Below are positions 56,961-64,000 of a stretch of 64,000 nucleotides of DNA, one piece after another. Every line of letters starts with the position of its first letter. The first letter of the stretch is position 1. The translations under genes were made by a program, and so were the position numbers. Below the pieces are notes generated by a model. It made no database searches. It had not been told where the DNA came from and saw only the letters and a program-made list of their open reading frames with translations. Location of the stretch: positions 1,984,001 through 2,048,000 of the forward strand of contig JAYWIR010000033.1 in assembly GCA_036172245.1 (NCBI GenBank), given 5' to 3'. The stretch comes from Raillietiella orientalis (taxonomy: Eukaryota).

Positions 56961-59173
56961 TTTCTCGTGAACTTAGGAATCCAGAGAAGGTCGCTCGGAG
57001 GGATGCTGTCTGCCTCTTTGTCGGTAGAGTGGCAAACCAATCCATCGCACGTGCACTTCTTTCCTCGTCTTGCCTCCTGCAGTGTTTCAACAGAATATTA
57101 TTGGCGGCAGGCGACATCCACTGTGATCGCTTCCTTGTCAGCCTGGTGCTTCAAATCCAAGCACAGTTTGGGGTGTTCCTGGAAGGAATTGACGGGAGAC
57201 CACCAGCTCACCACTTTTCTTGCGCAGCGCTCTTGTCAGGATCTACCAGTTTGTCGAGACTCCCGGTGATCGCATTTGATTACCCCACTTCGTAGTTGAG
57301 GGGAAGATCATCCTGTACCAGAGACCTCCCACACGTGCTCTCGGTCACTTTGAACGAATCTGCAGCAAAGTCAAGGAGAGTTTCACTCCATTCGAGAAGA
57401 TGCACTAGGAGAAAAAAATAAAAAAGCACAAAAGGTCCTCTTCCTAACCGAACCAGGGTTCAATAAATTATGCACTGCCACTTCACCTGACAGGATGAAA
57501 GATGCATGTTGTTCCATGTGCTAGATGTTGTTTTTCCAGTCACAAATCTTCCAAGAACAATCTTGGAAATGTATCGCAAAGATCGATTTGAGGTCCATTT
57601 TAAGGAGCCTCTGCGCCTCCAACTGCATCCTGAACAACGGCGCGAAACACCCAAGGGGGTGTTTCGAATTCACCTGACGGTGCTGATGATTTAGTCTTCG
57701 ACGCCTCAGCCTTCCCGAAGCCTCGCTTGCGCCTCTCAGTAATGTGCGAAACAAGGACGATGGGGATCAACGCTCGAGTAGTGGTTATTTGTTCTGCTTG
57801 GTGGATTCAACCACTTCAGGATTTGCCTCGCCTTGTTGCCGTCTCCAAGAGACTTCGTGCACCATGGAAGGCGGAAGATTTGGAAGTATGGATGTTCGGA
57901 ATTCGTCCATGCTCGGGGGGTGGGGAATTCAACGGACCCAGCAATGACGTCATGAGCACTCGGACAGAGGCGGAAACGCAAGCGAATTGCAGACAAAGGA
58001 CGAACGGAAAAGAGATCTTTGAGGGAAGCGAACCCAGGATCCCGACAGAATTTCGGACAAGCAGAGATGTTTCGCGTGCATGCTAAATTGATCGACACCT
58101 TAATTGCAAGCAGGATAAAGAAGAGATCGTGAATCCGTAGAAACTTCACCTGTACTCGAAGCGGAGCGGGAGATGTGGGGATCGATTGAAGATCATTAGA
58201 ATATCAATTGCGAAGGAAACAAATAAAATGAGTTTCTTCCATTCAGGTCAGCCACTCCTCCAACACTCTACAAGCAATCGAATCTGAATCTGCAAGCGTA
58301 CAGAGAGTGGTTGCCGCACCGTCCTAGCTATTAACTCTCTGGAACATGCAAAAGCTTATCAGTGTGGCGTGCAAACGAGCCCCACGCTGTAGAACTTGTT
58401 GCTATACTCTGGCATCCGCTCCAGGGAGGGAAAAGGTTCCCCCCAAACCGCGTGCTGCGACTATCGCCAGTTCCTAGCAGAGTCAAGCAGCAGTAAAGAT
58501 CGCTCATGGAGGGCACACCACCCTCACCTTTCGTCTACGGACAGTCCAGAGCCAGGAAGTGCGTCTCTCCTTCATTGAAAGGCTTCTGGAACAAGGCAAG
58601 GCCACGTCCTGCTCGAGGGACAGCATTGCGCGTCGGCGCATTCGCCGCTCAATACGGAGGAAGTTCGAGACTCTCCGATCATGAACCTGTTCATCATATA
58701 AGAACTAGGTTCCTGTTCGATACGTGTCCAGCATGACCGCCTCCTACCACATCGTGTAGGAGGTTCGTGGTACGGGAAGAGTCTCCCAGCTGCTTCCTCA
58801 ACCACTGAGCTGGGAACTCAAGCGAAATGGAGGCACGGAGATTATCTTCGTGCCTATAGTGTGTGTGTATGTGTGTTTTCCTTCTGCACCTCTCTGTTGC
58901 GCATTCCTCAGACCCTCTGCGGACCTCAGTGGCATTTGAGTTGGTGACCATCCCAAGACTTTTCCATAGGGAGCAGCATCGTGCTTCGCTTTCCTACCCG
59001 CATGCTTGTTGTGTCTTTGATCACAGAAAAAATGCCTCGGCTGACCTCATCACAACGTGTGAAACTAGCCGTTTAAGTGAAGTCAATGTAATGTGATCAG
59101 GAAGGGTATCAGGACACCTGTCTGTTCGAAACAAAAGTTCCGAACCCCTCCTGGGACGTGACAAGAGTGGGAT

Positions 59174-59650
59174 TTGCCACCCGGGCACGTCGGGGCGTTT
59201 ATTAGAAATTCTCTATATAAAACGTGCCATTAGGCCCCACTATGGCCAACACAACGCAGGACCTGCCGGGTCGCCGGTGAGCAGACCGGCGCGACTCTCC
59301 TCGGCAGCGAAAAGAGATGGGGGAAAAAACAAAAAGAAAAATACAACAGAGAAGGGAAAAAAAGGACTTTAGTGGGTCGGAAAGGGATCACTGTCCACTG
59401 GGAGGAGGATCCATCCTTTGCAGGATGCCCACGAGGTCCGTCCGTATTCTTCCCAGGTGGGGCCATCTGGTCGCAATCCGCAGGTAGCGGACTGCGAGTT
59501 CGACGGCATCCCTCTCGTTGTCCGGTCCAGACAGTCACAATCCCTAGCACGCAGCAAAGTGCTGCCAGGGCTGCGGCTGGTCGCAGGTCATCCTGCACGA
59601 AGAGAAGCCGAAAAACGTCCCTGAGGTGGCTGTCCACCGGGGGACAAGAG
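59174..59650 (-). mobile_element. L1/Tx1-like 3' end fragment, copy C
   Basis: RDVFRLLFVQDDLRPAAALAALCCVLGIVTVW matches copy A (RDVVRLLFVQDALQPAAA). It has the same pyrimidine-rich UTR, AATAAA (59198-59203) and terminal motif. Confidence 0.65.
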
Positions 59651-62600
59651 TGGGAGCGGAGAGGTAGAACGAACAAATGCGCGGATAAGTAGGGGTGTCA
59701 TATAATTGGTTTTCTGGAGTCCGCGCTCGATGGGAATGGGAGAAACAAGGAAGTTAAAGAGGAGGATGCTGATGTGACCTGTATACGGGAGGTTTCCTAC
59801 TACACCAGTTCCCACTTTTAGCCGTCTTGGGCACACTTCGCCTCAGGACAATGTAGGCTGCGAACGGATCTCTTAGCCGCACCCCTATTCAGTTGCGGAG
59901 GTTACCGTGGCCCGCAAACGCGAGTTCGCGGTTTCTACAAAGAGGAAGCAGATGGTTATCCCGAAGATATGCGACTTCTTCGTGGATGCTCTTGGATGCG
60001 TAATGACGTTCTTCATTGAGAGGGAGGCAGCGGTGCACCAGCAAGATGGTGCTGTGCCAATAGCTCAGAAGGATAGGAAGAAGGTGTTTATCAGGAAATC
60101 TGATCTTCCCTCGGGGGATTCCAAGAATGTTAATCCACCTTTGTATTGTTTTTATTCCTTAGGTCAAGGGCATGAATTCGATGGAAGGCCTTTTTCCGCT
60201 GTCATAGGTATGACCATTTTAAAGATTTTGTAAGTAATCCATTATCCACTCTGCAGTGGATTCCTCCTCCATCGTCGGTGGACTGAGCTCATTCAGGATT
60301 TTCAGGACTTTTATTTAAAGAAAATAAATGAAAATTGAGCAGTTTGAAACGAAATGGTCCAAACTTCACTAAGGACAAAGCTAGGGAGGAGCGAAGAGAG
60401 GTGAAGAATGTTAGATAAATAAATAAATACATAGATGAGGAATGGGATGGATCGGCCCCACAGTTATGACCATGATTGCCTTAGGCTTGGGTCGGAAAAG
60501 AACGGATGGAAGAGGAAGTGCGTTCAACGGTATGGAGTTATTCTGCTCACATGGTCCGAAAATTCCCTTAGAGTACAACATAGTGAACCGTCTCGATAGA
60601 GTGCAGAGCAATAGGAGTGGACGAAACTCTGGGAAACCACTGCTCCCTTGATCTGGGCTGCAACCTCACTGGTTTCCTTCACTGCAGGAGATGTTACACT
60701 TTCTCACACAGAACTTAGCCCGTACGCATCTGGAAATCCCTCTGCATGGGAACCTCACACGCGCACTTCTCACAGAATAAAAGGTCTATCAGACTCACTC
60801 TTCGAGAAAGAATCAGGAAAGACTGTAGCAAGAGAGTAAAGCATCAGTCCACACTGAAGCTCAGGGATAGGCCAGCCAGAGTTTCTTAAGGAACACACGG
60901 GATCCACCATCCTGGTGAGCAAGAAGAATTTCTTTCGGAATGATCACCTGAATTTTGGCAAACAAGTTGTTCATGCATGTGGCAAGGGACTGTGAACAAC
61001 ATATGAGCACAGGTCCTTCGTTGCCCACACTGTTACCACGACCTTCTTCTCAGAGCTCTTGCACTTTCGAGACTAAGGCAGAGTAATGTACAGGTTTCGT
61101 TCCAGGAAGAGAGGATGGAAGTGATGTTTCATCTCTAGAGAGTGGAGCACTCTCATGCTGTGAAACTCAGCGTTTTTCTTTGAGATTGCCTTCCCCTCTG
61201 GTTCTGTGTTGGAGGTTAGGAATCCTGGGGAAAAAGTATTCTTGTGTCTCTTCAGCCAAGTTGCAAGTACACTTGAGCCTCACAACTTGGATCAGTGCGA
61301 TAAGGAACCGATAAGTGGAGTTCCATCTTTTCAGGAAGCCATTATTCTTCAAGCAAACCATTCTGGAACTAATAAGGAAATCGTAACTCCAGCATAGCTG
61401 CAAGAAATGGGTAGGTAGTTGACTTTTAATGTCCATCGTTCTTGGTCTTTTTTTTTTTTTTTTCCTTTACTCACTGCATTTTTCCAGTAACTTCCTTTTT
61501 TCAATTTCTCTCCACCATCTTATAGTCGTTGCAAACTTCACAGCTGAGGAGATGGTGAGAAAATCGAGACTGCTGGTGCCCACGAGCTGCATCTATGGTA
61601 CCTTCTGTATGAGCCTGCAGGAGGCTGTGAGGACTCCTGCAGGCTAAGCATCATGACAGTACTTCCATGAAAGATCTGAGTGAGCTCTCTGTCTCGAGAG
61701 CTTCATGCAGTGAAATACTGTCACCGTATTCCGAATTAATGTACGCATGAGAACTACACCGCCGGAACTGGATCGTTGTTTCCCGAGAGCACCATGAATC
61801 AACGAGAGGAGCACGCCCAGCTCTCACAAATGGTGAGAAATGCTTGACGTCATCGTCTCCATTCCATATTGGAGCCGTGGACAAGCAGAACTTGGGGGGT
61901 TCGTAGTGGCACCCCTTCAACGTTGTTGTTTTTCGCCACCCATTTTTCTTGAGGTTCAGTCCAGCGTCGAGGCAACCTCTGGTCAACCCACTTGAGCATC
62001 GACCCCGACATCATCTGCCTCTCTAGTTTTCCGGCTTCATTCTCATTAACCAATAACGAAATTGCTCGTTATGAAGACATTCTTCCGAGCGAAGCTCTCG
62101 GAGCTGCTCTTGACCAAGAGAATGGCCATCTTGAAAGAAAACGCAAAGCATTTGCAAAGATATCTGCACGCACACGCGTTCATCTTCTTCTGCCTATGTC
62201 GCAACGTGCGCGCTTGTTGATTTCTTGTTGCGGCATCCCTGAATCGTGCTGAACATCCGCAGCGTTTCCAAAGCTGCCGATGCAATTGCAACTGTGAACT
62301 GTCTGAAGATTCCGTTCGCTCCAGCGTGCGCAAGATCTGGAAACTGCCGGCACAAATGGATGACCTCTTCAGCCAAACCCACTCGAATTGCTCTTGTCGC
62401 TTGTCCAAATCAGATCTGCTTTGGTGATAGGAAGGGTTCATCCCACACCTACTCTTGCAGTTGTGGGCAGCCTTTTTTTCTCTCAACGCTCAAAGGTCAA
62501 AGGATGCCCCCATCGTTCCCCTCGTCCCCATGCCTTCTCCAGCAGATAGGGAGTCCCCGATAACCAAATGTGACTGCAGATCGCTCGAAGCATTAGTTCT

Positions 62601-63369
62601 GAAAGGTGCACTCGTTTCAGAGAAATTCAGGTGGATGAACGACCAAAGCATCGAAGAGCTGTTGCCTGCTGCCCACAGATCGATAATCGGCCACTTCTGA
62701 TTTGATTTCCTGACATCATTGCGCTTCCGAAATCATTCTTCAATACAAAGAAACAACACGCTGATGAATTCTCTTGTGGAAACCCTACGCGATGCGAGCA
62801 CGCCATGCCCATCCCGCTTTCGTCTGCTGCTACCGACTCCTGCGTTCCAGCGAAAGAAGAGATGTCTTCTCCATTTCACAACCCACACACCTTATGTTGC
62901 TGACATATTTCTGTACTTTATATATGCATATTTTGGCTTTTTTCTAATGTGCGAACTTTGGCGGGAGGAGGAAGCCTAATCCACTCTTTCTTTCGAGACT
63001 TTTGCTGCAAGAACAAGTGCACTGCAGTGTTTCTTTTTTCCCATAATGCAATCGTTTCAAACAGGAAACGTGTTGAACAGGGAAACACGAACATGATGTG
63101 ATAAACTTGGAGTACACTCCAAGCACATGGAACTAAGCAGAGATAGGTAGATGTAATGCTCAAAGTTCAGTTTCAATGGAATCTCCGTTGGAAGAACTTT
63201 GGTTCCTGATGACTCCTTTTGACTAAATTCGAGTGATTTCTTGACAAATCCTGAACATCCTCTGATAAAATTCGAGCCATCGGCTGTCATTAAGTTCGCT
63301 CTTCTCAGATCATTCTGCCTTTTTTTGGTGGACAGGGTGTGTGAATGATTAAATTCCCGTTTAGATCCG

Positions 63370-64000
63370 GAAGGCGTTCAGAAAAAAAGAAGACACTAAA
63401 AACTGAAAAGTGCTTTTTAACCATGAGAGGGGAGCAAAGGACGGGATCTCAGTTGCTTCCCTGAAGTACTGTCCATCTTCGCCAGCATGCTGGAGACTTC
63501 CTTGTCCTTAATGCCGGATAGAAGATCCTGATAGATACAGGGATGAGACAGAGATACGATAGGAATGACATCCTACTTGGTTTGGTCCATTCCAGCATAT
63601 TTTCTCTTGCCACACCATCCCGCGGAGGCAGGAAGCAGATCCCATGGCTGCGGCAATGGACGTTCCTCTTCGCATGAAGAGCTGGCTCACAATGCCCTTC
63701 GAATGCTGTCCGTCGAGAGCTCCAGGGCCGGGGCAAAGCGTTCCCAAACGAGCCGAATGGCAACTCAGTTCACTAGCAGGTGAACGAAGGATTAAGCCTC
63801 ACTGCCTCTGGCGCAGCTTGGATTCACGCTTGTCCAGTGGTGCCGACAGATGTTTCATGGGGTGCCCGATGGAGCATCAGCGTCGCAGAGTCCTGCAATT
63901 GAAGCGGGAGTAAGGAGCTCTCCGCCAGCACCACAGGATCTCCACCGTCTTCCGTGAGGATTCCTTGGAGATCTGCCAAGCAATGAATTCCTTCTCAGTC
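63370..64000 (-). mobile_element. L1/Tx1-like ORF2 C-terminal relic, copy D (runs off the window)
   Basis: Minus frames LPLQLQDSATLMLHR and RHHWTSVNPSCARGSEA*SFVHLLVN*VAIRLVWERFAPAL parallel copy B. Confidence 0.6.

Overview
Eukaryotic, most likely arthropod, genomic DNA. There is no prokaryotic operon structure and no CRISPR array, and nearly all ORFs in the supplied track are non-coding noise. The window is dominated by one large minus-strand gene of the IgLON / DIP (Dpr-interacting protein) / lachesin-like family. I reconstructed it by hand from seven coding exons (50593-50644, 44802-44908, 36447-36654, 32216-32371, 22060-22188, 15898-16035, 6177-6326). All have GT-AG boundaries and matching phases, giving a signal peptide plus three Ig domains (313 codons). 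The C-terminal stalk/GPI exon(s) were not identified. The introns carry three copies of an unusually long (~740-770 bp) tRNA-headed SINE-like element, two with target-site duplications. They also carry a ~215-230 bp inverted repeat, a ~300-360 bp direct repeat, short tandem repeats and decayed non-LTR retrotransposon relics. The region upstream of the gene (51.5-64 kb) holds decayed L1/Tx1-like LINE fragments whose 3' ends share an AATAAA plus a conserved GC-rich terminal motif instead of a poly(A) tail. I found no evidence for a wholly new protein-coding system. The most interesting signals are the repeat families and how they are arranged around the in-frame exons. Family assignments come from motif recognition by eye, not from database searches.
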